The translations under genes and the position numbers were made by a program. Under the pieces are notes generated by a model. That model did no database searches and was not told the origin of the DNA. It worked only from the letters and a program-made list of their open reading frames with translations. From Candidatus Multivoradales bacterium (GTDB lineage: Bacteria > Acidobacteriota > Thermoanaerobaculia > Multivoradales > Multivoraceae), in the NCBI GenBank assembly GCA_965223325.1, contig CBDCWI010000002.1, forward strand, positions 2,496,001 to 2,560,000: DNA of 64,000 nt, read 5' to 3'. This document shows positions 20,339 to 33,295 of this stretch, piece after piece (position 1 is the first letter of the stretch; each line of letters opens with the position of its first letter).

Positions 20339-20767
20339 ATGCGAATCAACGGCAGATGCCATTGCGGCAACATCTCTTTCTCTCTCTTGCGAGATTCTCC
20401 CGCGCCGGAGGTGCCGGCTCGGGCTTGCGGCTGCTCGTTCTGTCAGAAGCATGGCGGAGTCTGGACTTCGCTGCCAGACGCTCGACTCGAGGTCTCGATT
20501 GCCGAGCGCGCAGACGTTATGGACTACGCTTTCGGCTCCAGGACGGCGGCCTTCCTTGTCTGCCGACGCTGTGGTGTCGTCCCGGTCGTCACCAGTGAGA
20601 TCGACGGGCAAACCTACGCGGTGGTCAACGTGAACTGCTTCGAGGGTGTCGACCCCGCGGTGCTCGCGCGGTCGGCGACCTCGTTCGACGGCGAAGAAAC
20701 GGCCGACAGACTCGCCCGCCGCCAGGCCAATTGGATCGGTAACGTCGTTGTGTCGGCCTCCTCTTGA
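20339..20767 (+). CDS. GFA/CENP-V family zinc protein
   Basis: GRCHCG, CGCSFCQKHG, FLVCRRCGV, VVNVNC. Confidence 0.9.
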   Translation: MRINGRCHCGNISFSLLRDSPAPEVPARACGCSFCQKHGGVWTSLPDARLEVSIAERADVMDYAFGSRTAAFLVCRRCGVVPVVTSEIDGQTYAVVNVNCFEGVDPAVLARSATSFDGEETADRLARRQANWIGNVVVSASS

Positions 20768-21336
20768 CCAGCTCCGATCCGCCGATCTTTCTGCTCTCTC
20801 CCGCCAATCTCAACGGGGTCCGTGGGACACGCCTCTTGGAGGAGAAGGCCTGTTCGGAGCTGGCCGCTCGCCTGCGGTCAGTTGACGGCGCGACGATTGG
20901 TGAGATCTACACTCACATCAGCACGCTCTACTTCCGCGGCAAGCTCGCCTATGGGCTCCACTTCGGTGGCGAGGCTGCGACCCGGGTGGTCGTACCAGGC
21001 TACGGTCTCGAGTTGCCGTCGTGGCAAGTCGACCTCAGCCGCGCGCGGGAGATCTGCGCCTGTCCTGTCGACCCACAGAACGCGGGCTATCGCGAGCCTT
21101 TCGCACGCGATGTCGAGGCTCTCGCCGCGTCGAGCGACGGTCCTGTCGTTTTCCTGGGCAGTCTGGCGACTCGCAAGTATCTCGACGTTCTGGTTCCCAT
21201 CCTTGGAAAGCGACTCCACCACCCGGTCGACTTTCTCGGCTGCGGCGAGATGCGCCGCGGCTCACTGCTGCTCCGGGCTGTCGACGCGGATGCGGAGCTC
21301 GAGATGACCGTGTGGCGAGAGCCGTCCCGCTGTTGA
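20764..21336 (+). CDS. Conserved hypothetical protein
   Basis: Overlaps the GFA stop (TTGA); IFLLSPAN, STLYFRGKLAY, VFLGSLATRKY, GEMRRGSLLLR. Confidence 0.7.
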   Translation: MTSSDPPIFLLSPANLNGVRGTRLLEEKACSELAARLRSVDGATIGEIYTHISTLYFRGKLAYGLHFGGEAATRVVVPGYGLELPSWQVDLSRAREICACPVDPQNAGYREPFARDVEALAASSDGPVVFLGSLATRKYLDVLVPILGKRLHHPVDFLGCGEMRRGSLLLRAVDADAELEMTVWREPSRC

Positions 21337-21367
21337 CTGCCGTCGGGCTTCCTGGCGGCGCAGCGTC

Positions 21368-22660
21368 TCAGCTCCCGAGAGCTGTCGGCACCTTCTTCTT
21401 GCGCCTCATGAGATCAGGCGCTTCCTTGAAGCAGACCCACAGAATGCGCAGCGACTCGAGGAAGGCACGCAAGCCCGTCTTCTCGATCTCGGCCGGTTGG
21501 TCGGCGATCTCGGGGTAGCCCTTCTCGTCTGGCTGCGCCTTCTCCCAACCGCGGAACAGCCGGCCCCAGTCACTCTCGAGGACCTTCTTCATCTGCTTCT
21601 TGGCTTTGAAGGGGTACCAGAAGGTGTCGTGGTACAGGACGCTGGCGATGTACGCCCAGGGCGCGAGTACGGTCTTGAGTGACCACTCGATCGGCTTCTT
21701 GAGCGGGCCCCAGTAGATCTTGTGCTGCATGCGTGAGGCGAAGGTCATTTCCTTGAACGGGCCAACGAACGGCCAGCGTTCAGCGGCGGCCTCCTCGTCG
21801 CCAACGATCTCGACGTTCCTGAGGTCGCCGCAGCCCAGGCCACGCTCGTGGGCGAGGCGAATGAACTCGAGCTCCATGGGATCGAAACCCATCAGGCGTG
21901 CTGCCACCGCATCGATGGCGGTCTGGTCGGAACTCGCCAGGATGATGTCCTTGGTATGCGGGATCATGCAGCGCGGACCAGGACCGTCGCCGGCGAACGT
22001 GCCGTCCATGACCGCGAAGACACCGGGGTGGATCTTCTTCTGGATCATCAAGAGGTCGACGAGCGTTTCGTGAATGACCGGGTGGGTCCAGTGACGGTGC
22101 TCGTTCAAGAGCCCGCCGAAGGCGTTCTTCATCGCCCCAGTGGTCGTCGTGAAGACATGAGTCTTCACGGTCGGCATGTGGATGATGTTCTCGCCAATGA
22201 AGCGCCGAGGAATGTGAAAGCCCTTGGGGTACACCTCGTTGAGGCACAGAAAGTCCTTGGCCAGGTCACCCACAGCCTCGCGCACATCGATCCAGTCTTC
22301 GCCCTCGTAGAGGTGCACGTTGCGCAGGCCGTGGTCTTCGAGCACGTTGATGTGTTTGTTCTCGCGCTCACCAAGCCGTGCGTCAATGACGACGGTGCGG
22401 TTATGGCAGCCGTGGATCAGATCGGGGTCGTAGCCATCCTTCTTCATCGCTCGAATCACTCCTTCGAGCTGCCAGGGCGTCGTCGAGCTGCCGGGGTAGA
22501 AGAAGTGCCAGGAGATATTGATCTTGAGCGCCGTATCGACATCTTTGGCCAGAGTCTCCTGATAACCGGCAAGGTTCAAGAGGCGGTGATAGTCCTCGAG
22601 AACGGTGGCTGGCGTGGTACGGAGAACCGCGACGCGGCTGTGGGAGGGACGGTCGGTCAT
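21368..22660 (-). CDS. DUF362 domain protein (putative Fe-S binding)
   Basis: LKINISW, TTPWQLEGVI, PTVKTHVFTTTTGAMKNAFG, VMDGT.AGDGPGP, DQTAIDAVAARLMGFDP. Confidence 0.85.
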   Translation of the reverse strand: MTDRPSHSRVAVLRTTPATVLEDYHRLLNLAGYQETLAKDVDTALKINISWHFFYPGSSTTPWQLEGVIRAMKKDGYDPDLIHGCHNRTVVIDARLGERENKHINVLEDHGLRNVHLYEGEDWIDVREAVGDLAKDFLCLNEVYPKGFHIPRRFIGENIIHMPTVKTHVFTTTTGAMKNAFGGLLNEHRHWTHPVIHETLVDLLMIQKKIHPGVFAVMDGTFAGDGPGPRCMIPHTKDIILASSDQTAIDAVAARLMGFDPMELEFIRLAHERGLGCGDLRNVEIVGDEEAAAERWPFVGPFKEMTFASRMQHKIYWGPLKKPIEWSLKTVLAPWAYIASVLYHDTFWYPFKAKKQMKKVLESDWGRLFRGWEKAQPDEKGYPEIADQPAEIEKTGLRAFLESLRILWVCFKEAPDLMRRKKKVPTALGS

Positions 22661-22747
22661 AGAGAGTTCCTGTTTGAGAGCGCCGCGCTTGATGCGAGCA
22701 GCGGTGCGGGCGAAGGCTATCCGAAGCCAGGAGGCCCCGTCGTGCCA

Positions 22748-23542
22748 TCAGCTGTCAAGGTAGCGAATCTCCGGCGGCTCGCCGCTTTCGCCTGTGGCTG
22801 TGGTCAACAGACGAAGGACACCGTCACGTTCGCGCTCGCCGAGTACGTAGCGCAGCTGCTCGGCGAGGTAGCGTTTCGTGCGGTTGATGCGCACGCCACG
22901 CCCGGCCCCGGTCTCTCGACACAGGGTGTCGATCGATGCGAGACCGTAGCGCAAGCTGCTCTTGAAGTAGAACGCAAGATCCGGAAGCGCGACGCCCTCA
23001 CGAACTGCCCACAGGGAGAGCACCAGGGGCAAGGCGGTCAACCGCTGCCATTCCGCTGTCAGATCGAGAGTGGTCGGAGCTTCCCAGGGCTGGGTCAGGG
23101 CCTCCTCGCCTTCCATGAGGTAGCCGTCGAAACCTTCGGGAATCGAGCCGCCGGCTGCCCGAGTGACTTCAATCGTCGGGCACCGATCGTGGAGCTCACG
23201 CAGGATGGCCTCGAGCACCACAGGGAAGAAGCCTTCCGACTTGCCGACCCCGATGCGCGCAATGTCTTCGAGCTCGGCGGTGCGCAGTTGCAAAAGCGCT
23301 GCGTGCGACGGACCATCGACGCAAACGCAGAGATCGGGCACGACGCTCACATTGCTCGCCGTCGCCAGATCGAGGGGTGAAACCAGTCCCCCGTCGAGGT
23401 CACCGTTCGACAACATCGGCGCGATGCGTTCACCGGGAAGCAGCATGGGCTCGAAGAGATCGTTGTGATGCCCCTTGAGAAAACCCCACGCCAGAGGGCG
23501 GGCGTCGAGACGGTCGGCAATGCCGAGGCGGAAACTCGCCAA
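22748..23542 (-). CDS. MqnA-family (chorismate dehydratase-like) protein, divergent
   Basis: ARPLAWG, GDLDGGLVS, VVPDLCVCVDGP, DLTAEWQRLTALPLVLSLWAVR, LRYVLGERE; VitK2_biosynth fold pattern. Confidence 0.7.
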   Translation of the reverse strand: MASFRLGIADRLDARPLAWGFLKGHHNDLFEPMLLPGERIAPMLSNGDLDGGLVSPLDLATASNVSVVPDLCVCVDGPSHAALLQLRTAELEDIARIGVGKSEGFFPVVLEAILRELHDRCPTIEVTRAAGGSIPEGFDGYLMEGEEALTQPWEAPTTLDLTAEWQRLTALPLVLSLWAVREGVALPDLAFYFKSSLRYGLASIDTLCRETGAGRGVRINRTKRYLAEQLRYVLGERERDGVLRLLTTATGESGEPPEIRYLDS

Positions 23543-23591
23543 GACTCTTCTTCCTCGCAGTCGCCAGTGAGAAACCTACGCTTCCCGCCTG

Positions 23592-24899
<1,308 letters not shown>

Positions 24900-25482
24900 T
24901 GCGGCTCCTACGGGGGGTGGGGGGCGCTTCGCCGATTTCACGGTCGAGCCATCGCCAGAGCTCTGGCAGCCCTTCGCCGGTCTTCGATGAAACGGGAATG
25001 AGAGGAGTGTCGGAAGGGAGTTGGAGGAACTCCCTGAAGGATCGGAGTTTGCGGGACCGCTTGCTCCGTGGGACGCGATCGATCTTGGTTGGGGTGACGC
25101 AGAGGCGCGCCCCAAGATCAAGGAAGTACTCGACAGCCTGCACGTCGAGAGGAGACCCGTCGATCTTAGCATCGATCAGCAGGATCGTCGGCATTCCCGG
25201 CCCGTAGCGCTCAAAGAAGGCTCCGATCACCCGGTCCCACTTCTCGCGCTCGGCATGACTCACCCGGGCATAGCCATAACCCGGCAGGTCGACCACCCAC
25301 ACCTTCTCGTCGATCAGAAAGTAGTTCACCGCCCGCGTCCGGCCCGGAGTCCCGCTCGTGCGAGCCAGCCCCTTCTTCTTCAGCATCTTGTTGATAAGAC
25401 TCGACTTACCAACATTCGATCGGCCCGCAAACGCGACCTTGGGCCGATCATCCCGCACCAGGTCCCCCGGCATGACGGCACT

Positions 25483-26251
25483 GCGCACGAACTCGACATG
25501 CTTGAACCTCATGGAACCCGCCCCACCCGTCGAGTTCGTGCTGCGAGCCCCGAAGGGGCGGGAAAAACAGCGCCCGGGAGCATCCGAAACAATCGCCCAG
25601 CGATCGGATGCGGAGGGCGCACGAACTCGACATGCTTGAACCTCATAGAACCCGCCCCACCCGTCGAGTTCGTGCTGCGAGCCCCGAAGGGGCGGGAAAA
25701 ACAGCGCCCGGGAGCATCCGAAACAATCGCCCAGCGATCGGATGCGGAGGGCGCACGAACTCGACATGCTTGAACCTCATAGAACCCGCCCCACCCGTCG
25801 AGTTCGTGCTGCGAGCCCCGAAGGGGCGGGAAAAACAGCGCCCGGGAGCATCCGAAACAATCGCCCAGCGATCGGATGCGGAGGGCGCACGAACTCGACG
25901 TTCTTGAACTTCATGGCCTTAGCCCACCGATTCCCGTCGAGTTCGTGCTGCGAGCCCCGAAGGGGCGGGAAAAACGGCGCCCGGGAACATCAAAAAAAAA
26001 TCGCCCCGCGATTGGATGTGGAGGGCGCACGAACTCGACGTTCTTGAACTTCATGGCCTTAGCCCACCGATTCCCGTCGAGTTCGTGCTGCGAGCCCCGA
26101 AGGGGCGGGAAAAACGGCGCCCGGGAACATCAAAAAAAAATCGCCCCGCGATTGGATGTGGAGGGCGCACGAACTCGACGTTCTTGAACTTCATGGCCTT
26201 AGCCCACCGATTCCCGTCGAGTTCGTGCTGCGAGCCCCGAAGGGGCGGGAA
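25483..26251. repeat. Tandem array of structured 134/140-bp units, each containing the engB start region
   Basis: Unit starts at 25483, 25617, 25751, 25885, 26025 and 26165 (periods 134,134,134,140,140; last unit partial). Each has a 13-bp inverted repeat GCACGAACTCGAC/GTCGAGTTCGTGC and a GCCCC-GAA-GGGGC hairpin. Confidence 0.97.
25509..26194 (-). other. Chain of five ATGA-overlapping mini-ORFs (47,47,45,45,45 aa)
   Basis: ATGs at 26194, 26054, 25914, 25780 and 25646. Each frame is open to a TGA that overlaps the next ATG; the last overlaps engB ATG 25512. Translation is not demonstrated. Confidence 0.6.
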
Positions 26252-26286
26252 GGTACTGCACTGCCGGCTGACGGGCAGGGCCCCGA

Positions 26287-28692
<2,406 letters not shown>

Positions 28693-28950
28693 GGGCAGAC
28701 GGGCTTCCTTTCAGGAAAACGATACCAGGCAGGAGATTGGGGGTGTGGGGGGAGGGGAGAGTGGCGCCGGCAGCTGGACGGCCGACTGCTCGAACCAGGC
28801 TGAGAGGGGCCGTACCTCAGGAGGGGTACTGTCGGAAGGAACTGGAAGCTGCAGTTGTGGAGTTGTCGTGAGAGTGCGCCTTGTGGTGTTCAAAAGACAT
28901 CGCGCGGACCCGTGAGAGAAAACACGTTTCCCTCGCCAGGAGATTCCGCT

Positions 28951-30189
28951 CTAGCCTGCCTTCTTGTACACCTCGATGGGCTTGCTCCGGCTGAGCACGA
29001 CCTCCTCGTTGATGACGCATTCCTCGATGTCAGCCTGCGACGGAATGTTGTACATGAGGTCGAGCATCAACTCTTCGAGGATGATGCGCAGGCCGCGCGC
29101 ACCGACCTTTCGCTTGACGGCCTGGCGAGCAACCGCCTTGAGCGCATCTTCGGTGAACTTGAGCTTGACGTCCTCGAACTCGAACATCGCTTCGTACTGA
29201 CGCACAAGGCTGTTCTTGGGCTCGGTGAGGATGCGCACCAGGGCGTCCTCGTCGAGCTGCTCGAGAGTCGCGACCACCGGCAGGCGACCGACGAACTCGG
29301 GGATCAAGCCGTAGCGAATGAGATCTTCCGGCAGAGTGTGGCGCAGCAGCTCTCCCTGCATGCGATCCTCTTTGCCCTTGATGTCGGCACCGAAGCCCAT
29401 CACCTTCTTGTTCAAGCGATGCTCGATCTGCTCTTCGAGACCAACGAAGGCACCGCCGCAAATGAAGAGAATGTTGGTGGTGTCGATCTGCAGGAACTCC
29501 TGGTGTGGGTGCTTGCGGCCGCCCTGTGGCGGCACGTTGCACTGGGTGCCCTCGAGAATCTTGAGCAGCGCCTGTTGAACACCTTCGCCTGAGACGTCGC
29601 GCGTGATCGAAGGGTTGTCGCTCTTGCGGCAGATCTTGTCGACCTCGTCGATGTAGACAATGCCGCGCTGGGTCTTGTCCTTGTCGTTTCCGGAGGCCTG
29701 GTAGAGCTTGAGAATGATGTTCTCGACATCTTCGCCGACGTAGCCCGCCTCGGTCAGGGTGGTGGCATCCGCAATGGTGAACGGCACCTGCAGAAGGCGG
29801 GCGAGGGTTTGCGCGAGGAGGGTCTTGCCGGTCCCGGTCGGGCCGACCAGCATGATGTTCGACTTCTGCAGCTCGACCTCGCTGCGGGACGACTCCGAGA
29901 AATCGATGCGCTTGTAGTGGTTGTAGACCGCCACCGCGAGCTTCTTCTTGGCCTGCTCCTGCCCAATGACGTAGTCGTCGAGGAGTCGCTTGATCTCCTT
30001 CGGCTTCGGCAGGCTCGTGTCTTGCTGCTGCTCGAGCATGCGGTCTTCCGCGATGATGTCGAGGCAGATATCGACACACTCGTCACAGATGAAGACCGTC
30101 GGACCAGCGATGAGCTTCTTGACCTCTCGCTGGCTCTTGTTACAGAAGGAGCACCTCAGGGCTTCGTCGCCGGATTCCTTCTTGGGCAT
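28951..30189 (-). CDS. clpX: ATP-dependent Clp protease ATP-binding subunit ClpX
   Basis: CSFCNKS...ICDEC zinc finger, [34 protein letters not shown] loop. Confidence 0.98.
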   Translation of the reverse strand: MPKKESGDEALRCSFCNKSQREVKKLIAGPTVFICDECVDICLDIIAEDRMLEQQQDTSLPKPKEIKRLLDDYVIGQEQAKKKLAVAVYNHYKRIDFSESSRSEVELQKSNIMLVGPTGTGKTLLAQTLARLLQVPFTIADATTLTEAGYVGEDVENIILKLYQASGNDKDKTQRGIVYIDEVDKICRKSDNPSITRDVSGEGVQQALLKILEGTQCNVPPQGGRKHPHQEFLQIDTTNILFICGGAFVGLEEQIEHRLNKKVMGFGADIKGKEDRMQGELLRHTLPEDLIRYGLIPEFVGRLPVVATLEQLDEDALVRILTEPKNSLVRQYEAMFEFEDVKLKFTEDALKAVARQAVKRKVGARGLRIILEELMLDLMYNIPSQADIEECVINEEVVLSRSKPIEVYKKAG

Positions 30190-30302
30190 TGATTTCTCCC
30201 GCTAGCTGCGCCCAGAAGGGACGCAAGAAACCTGGCCTACCCCGAAGGCGAGTCAGGTTGTCGGCAGGTACCCCGAGATCACGGGTTCCCATACCGAAAG
30301 TG

Positions 30303-30331
30303 ATGTTAGGCAGGGCCTACCAGAGTGTCAA
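30303..30331 (-). promoter_or_regulatory. Sigma70-type promoter upstream of clpX
   Basis: TTGACA-17 nt-TAACAT on the minus strand, about 115 nt upstream of clpX. Confidence 0.65.
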
Positions 30332-30518
30332 TCGGCATGACCGGAACTTGAGGACTACTGCAAAAACTGGCTTTCTGCCAACTCAGCAGCTGCCAACAAT
30401 CGATGCGATCTATGTCAACCGCCCCGACAAATATCGACAACCTCGAGGAAGAACCGGCGAATTCCAGGCTGCTAGAGCCGCTGCTCCCGTCACCGCCCTG
30501 GACTTCATCCACAACTAG

Positions 30519-30534
30519 AGCAAGAACCTTGCCC
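30519..30534 (-). promoter_or_regulatory. Possible sigma54 (-24/-12) promoter in the clpP-clpX spacer
   Basis: GGGCAAGGTTCTTGCT (GG-N10-GC) on the minus strand. Confidence 0.35.
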
Positions 30535-30620
30535 GATTCTTGTAATTCTAGCCCAGTTTTGGCCGCAGCGCGGCCTCTTCGCGAGCCCTCGCCCCCGCTG
30601 GTCCCCTTCTGGGAGCCGTC

Positions 30621-31244
30621 CTAGTCCGAGGCCGGCGTGCCGGAACTTCCCTGGGTGGGCCGCGCAGACCGGGTCATGACCTTGTCGACCAGGCCGTAGG
30701 CCACCGCCTCCTCGGCTTCGAGAATCTTGTCGCGCTCGGAGTCACGGTGGATCTCTTCTTTCGACTTACCGGTGTGAAAGGCGAGAACTTCGTCGATCTG
30801 GTCGCGTGTTCGGAGGAGGTCTTGTGCATGGATTTCGATGTCGCTTTGCTGGCCACCCATCGACTGGACGAGCGGCTGATGAATCAGAACGCGACTGTTG
30901 GGCAGCACGTGACGCTTGCCGGGCGCGCCACCGGCCAGGAGAACGGCGCCAAAAGACGCCGCCTGCCCCACGCACACCGTCATCACGTCGGGCTTGACGT
31001 GCTGCATGGCGTCGTAGATGGCAAACCCAGCGGTCACCGAACCGCCGGGCGAGTTGATGTAGAGCGCGATGTCCTTCTCCGGGTTCTCGACCTCGAGAAA
31101 GAGCATCTGCGCAACGATCAGATTGGCAACGTAGTCGTTGATCGGCTGACCGAGGAAGATGATGTTGTCTTTGAGCAAGCGCGACCAGATGTCGTAGGAC
31201 CGCTCACCGCGGTTGGTCTGCTCGATGACGAAGGGAACGTGCAT
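30621..31244 (-). CDS. clpP: ATP-dependent Clp protease proteolytic subunit
   Basis: [38 protein letters not shown]. Confidence 0.97.
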   Translation of the reverse strand: MHVPFVIEQTNRGERSYDIWSRLLKDNIIFLGQPINDYVANLIVAQMLFLEVENPEKDIALYINSPGGSVTAGFAIYDAMQHVKPDVMTVCVGQAASFGAVLLAGGAPGKRHVLPNSRVLIHQPLVQSMGGQQSDIEIHAQDLLRTRDQIDEVLAFHTGKSKEEIHRDSERDKILEAEEAVAYGLVDKVMTRSARPTQGSSGTPASD

Positions 31245-31420
31245 GGTCGGTATCCTCGGACGGCTTTAGGAAGGTTGGTAGGCGCGCTTCGGAATGCACA
31301 GGTCCAGGGCAGGGCGGCGCGCTTCCAGCGGGTCTGGCGGGCCCGAGGACCGGGCCTGCGTGGGAGCGCAACACTAACATTTGCGCCTGGCATCTGCCGG
31401 AGCCCCGGCACGATCCTCGG

Positions 31421-32806
31421 CTACTCGCTCGCCGACTCGTCGTCGCCCTCTTCGGCTTCCGGTGGCAACAAGCTGGTGTCCTCGCCAAGCAACTTCAGCA
31501 CCGCCTTCTCACGCTGCATGCGGCCGCGAAGTTCGTCGAGACGACCGTCCTGGCCGAGCGCAGCGCGAACGGCCGCGGGTTGCTGACGCTCCGAAGCTGC
31601 GATCGACTGAATGGCCGACTCGAGCTCGACCTCTGTCACCTCGAGGTCGCCTTCGGCGGCAACCGCATCGAGCAGCAGGCGCGCCGCAACACGCCGCTCG
31701 GCGACCGGCCGGAACTGCTCACGCATCTCGTTCCAGTCGATACCGGCGTTCTCGAGATCCGCCCCGCGACGGACGAGGTCCTCGGCCCACTCGCGCAGCA
31801 TGTTCTCGACCTCGTGGTCGACCACCCCCACGGGTAGATCGACCGGATTGCGCTCGCGCAGCTGCTGGAGCATCGCGTTCTCACGTTCCTGGCGATTGCG
31901 CTGCGCGCGATCGCGCTTCATCCCAGAGCGGATATTGTCGCGCAAAGCGTCGAGATCTTCGAAGGGCCCTGCCTTCTTGGCCAACTCGTCGTCGATCGGC
32001 AGCTCTTCCTGCTCCTCCACCTCGGTGACCGTGAACTTGTACTCGTGGTCGTGGCTCTCGGCCTCGGCACCTTCCGGGGCGTCGGGATCGGGCGGCATCT
32101 CGTGGGTGCGGGTGAACTCAGCCTCTTGCCCTTTGGCGAGCCCGGTCGCGGCGACCGACAGCTCCTCCCAGACCTGCGGGTCGCCGATCTTGAGCTGTGC
32201 CGTTTGCGTGACCGGTTCGTGCTCGTGGTCGTCGTCATCGCCATGATCATGGTCGTGGTCGTGGTCGTGATGATGATGGTGCGGGGTCAGGTCGGTGAGC
32301 TCGATGGTGACGCGATCTCCCTCACCCGCCGCGCGATCGACCGCCTTCCAGGGCGCCACGTCCTCTCGGATGCGCTCGAGGACCTCATCGACTTCAGAGT
32401 CGGCGACTTCAGTCGCTTTGGCCGGGAGTTCGAAGTCGCGGTCTGGAGACAGGGCGATCTCGGGCCGCACCTCAACCGTTGCCGTGAAGGTGAGCGGCGC
32501 GTCGTCTTCGAAGTCGACCTTCTCCACCCTGGGACCACCGAGCGGATCGAGCTGCTTCTCGGCCTGGGCCTGGTTCCAATAGCGCGGCACCAGGCGCTCG
32601 ACGACCTCCTGCTGAATCTCCTGGCGGAATCTCTGGCGCACGACCTTGGGCGGGACCTTGCCCTTGCGAAAACCGGGGATCCTCGCCTGGCTCGAAAACT
32701 CGGCGGTGACTCGCTGCACCTCGGCGTCGACAGCGGGTTGCGGAACTTCGACCTTGAGCTCCTTCTTGCAGGGGCCCACATCTTCGATCGACAAAACGAC
32801 GCTCAT
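31421..32806 (-). CDS. tig: Trigger factor with His/Asp-rich insertion
   Basis: IPGFRKGKVP ribosome-binding signature, VEVRPE, FKBP-like middle domain; upstream of clpP-clpX-lon. Confidence 0.95.
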   Translation of the reverse strand: MSVVLSIEDVGPCKKELKVEVPQPAVDAEVQRVTAEFSSQARIPGFRKGKVPPKVVRQRFRQEIQQEVVERLVPRYWNQAQAEKQLDPLGGPRVEKVDFEDDAPLTFTATVEVRPEIALSPDRDFELPAKATEVADSEVDEVLERIREDVAPWKAVDRAAGEGDRVTIELTDLTPHHHHHDHDHDHDHGDDDDHEHEPVTQTAQLKIGDPQVWEELSVAATGLAKGQEAEFTRTHEMPPDPDAPEGAEAESHDHEYKFTVTEVEEQEELPIDDELAKKAGPFEDLDALRDNIRSGMKRDRAQRNRQERENAMLQQLRERNPVDLPVGVVDHEVENMLREWAEDLVRRGADLENAGIDWNEMREQFRPVAERRVAARLLLDAVAAEGDLEVTEVELESAIQSIAASERQQPAAVRAALGQDGRLDELRGRMQREKAVLKLLGEDTSLLPPEAEEGDDESASE

Positions 32807-32876
32807 GGTTGGCTCACTCTCTATGTGTCAGCGGGTCCGGGCGCCGGCGAGCAACGTGGCGGGCGGGGTGGCCAGC

Positions 32877-32961
32877 TGGTGCGAAAGGGGGGACTCGAAC
32901 CCCCATCCCTTGCGGGACTAGATCCTAAATCTAGCGCGTATACCAATTCCGCCACTTTCGC
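32877..32961 (-). tRNA. tRNA-Leu (anticodon TAG)
   Basis: GCGAAAG acceptor stem, D-arm GCGGAATTGGTATACGC, anticodon arm CTAGA-TTTAGGA-TCTAG, long variable arm, GGTTCGAGTCC, ACCA end. Confidence 0.97.
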
Positions 32962-33093
32962 AGTGGTCAGCACTCTCGCGCGGAGAAGGTGCAGGAAGGT
33001 CGCGATCTCACATCCCACCGGTGTCGGGCGTACCGAGTCGCGCGAACCTCTCGGGGTGCCACGTGTTCTCAGGATCTGGGAACGAGAACGCAT

Positions 33094-33169
33094 TGGTGAG
33101 CCGCCTAGGACTTGAACCTAGAACCGACGGATTAAGAGTCCGTTGCTCTGCCAGTTGAGCTAGCGGCCC
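33094..33169 (-). tRNA. tRNA-Lys (anticodon CTT)
   Basis: GGGCCGC...GCTCAACTGGCAGAGC, ACGGA-CTCTTAA-TCCGT, GGTTCAAGTCC, ACCA end; 76 nt. Confidence 0.97.
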
Positions 33170-33295
33170 GGAAGATACGGGATCATACAGAAGCCCGAGG
33201 GCAGAATGCTACGAGGAATTGCCCGAAAGAATCGCCCAGACATGGCTCCCTGGATTCCTGCTCGAACCGTCACTCGTGCGATCATCAGGCTCACC

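Noticed and set aside
25513-25767. 85-aa N-terminal extension of EngB (ORF 24850..25767)
   Set aside because: It is repeat sequence read in shifting frames; the EngB-like sequence begins at ATG 25512
25483-26251. CRISPR array interpretation of the lon-engB repeats
   Set aside because: Units are 134-140 bp, the 'spacers' are near-identical copies of the engB start region, and no cas genes are in the window
30306-30512. 68-aa ORF in the clpP-clpX spacer
   Set aside because: Atypical composition, no RBS or motif, and it overlaps the predicted clpX promoter
32877-33169. tRNA-anchored genomic island or prophage
   Set aside because: No integrase, no duplicated tRNA 3' end seen, and the tRNA 3' ends face the core tig operon
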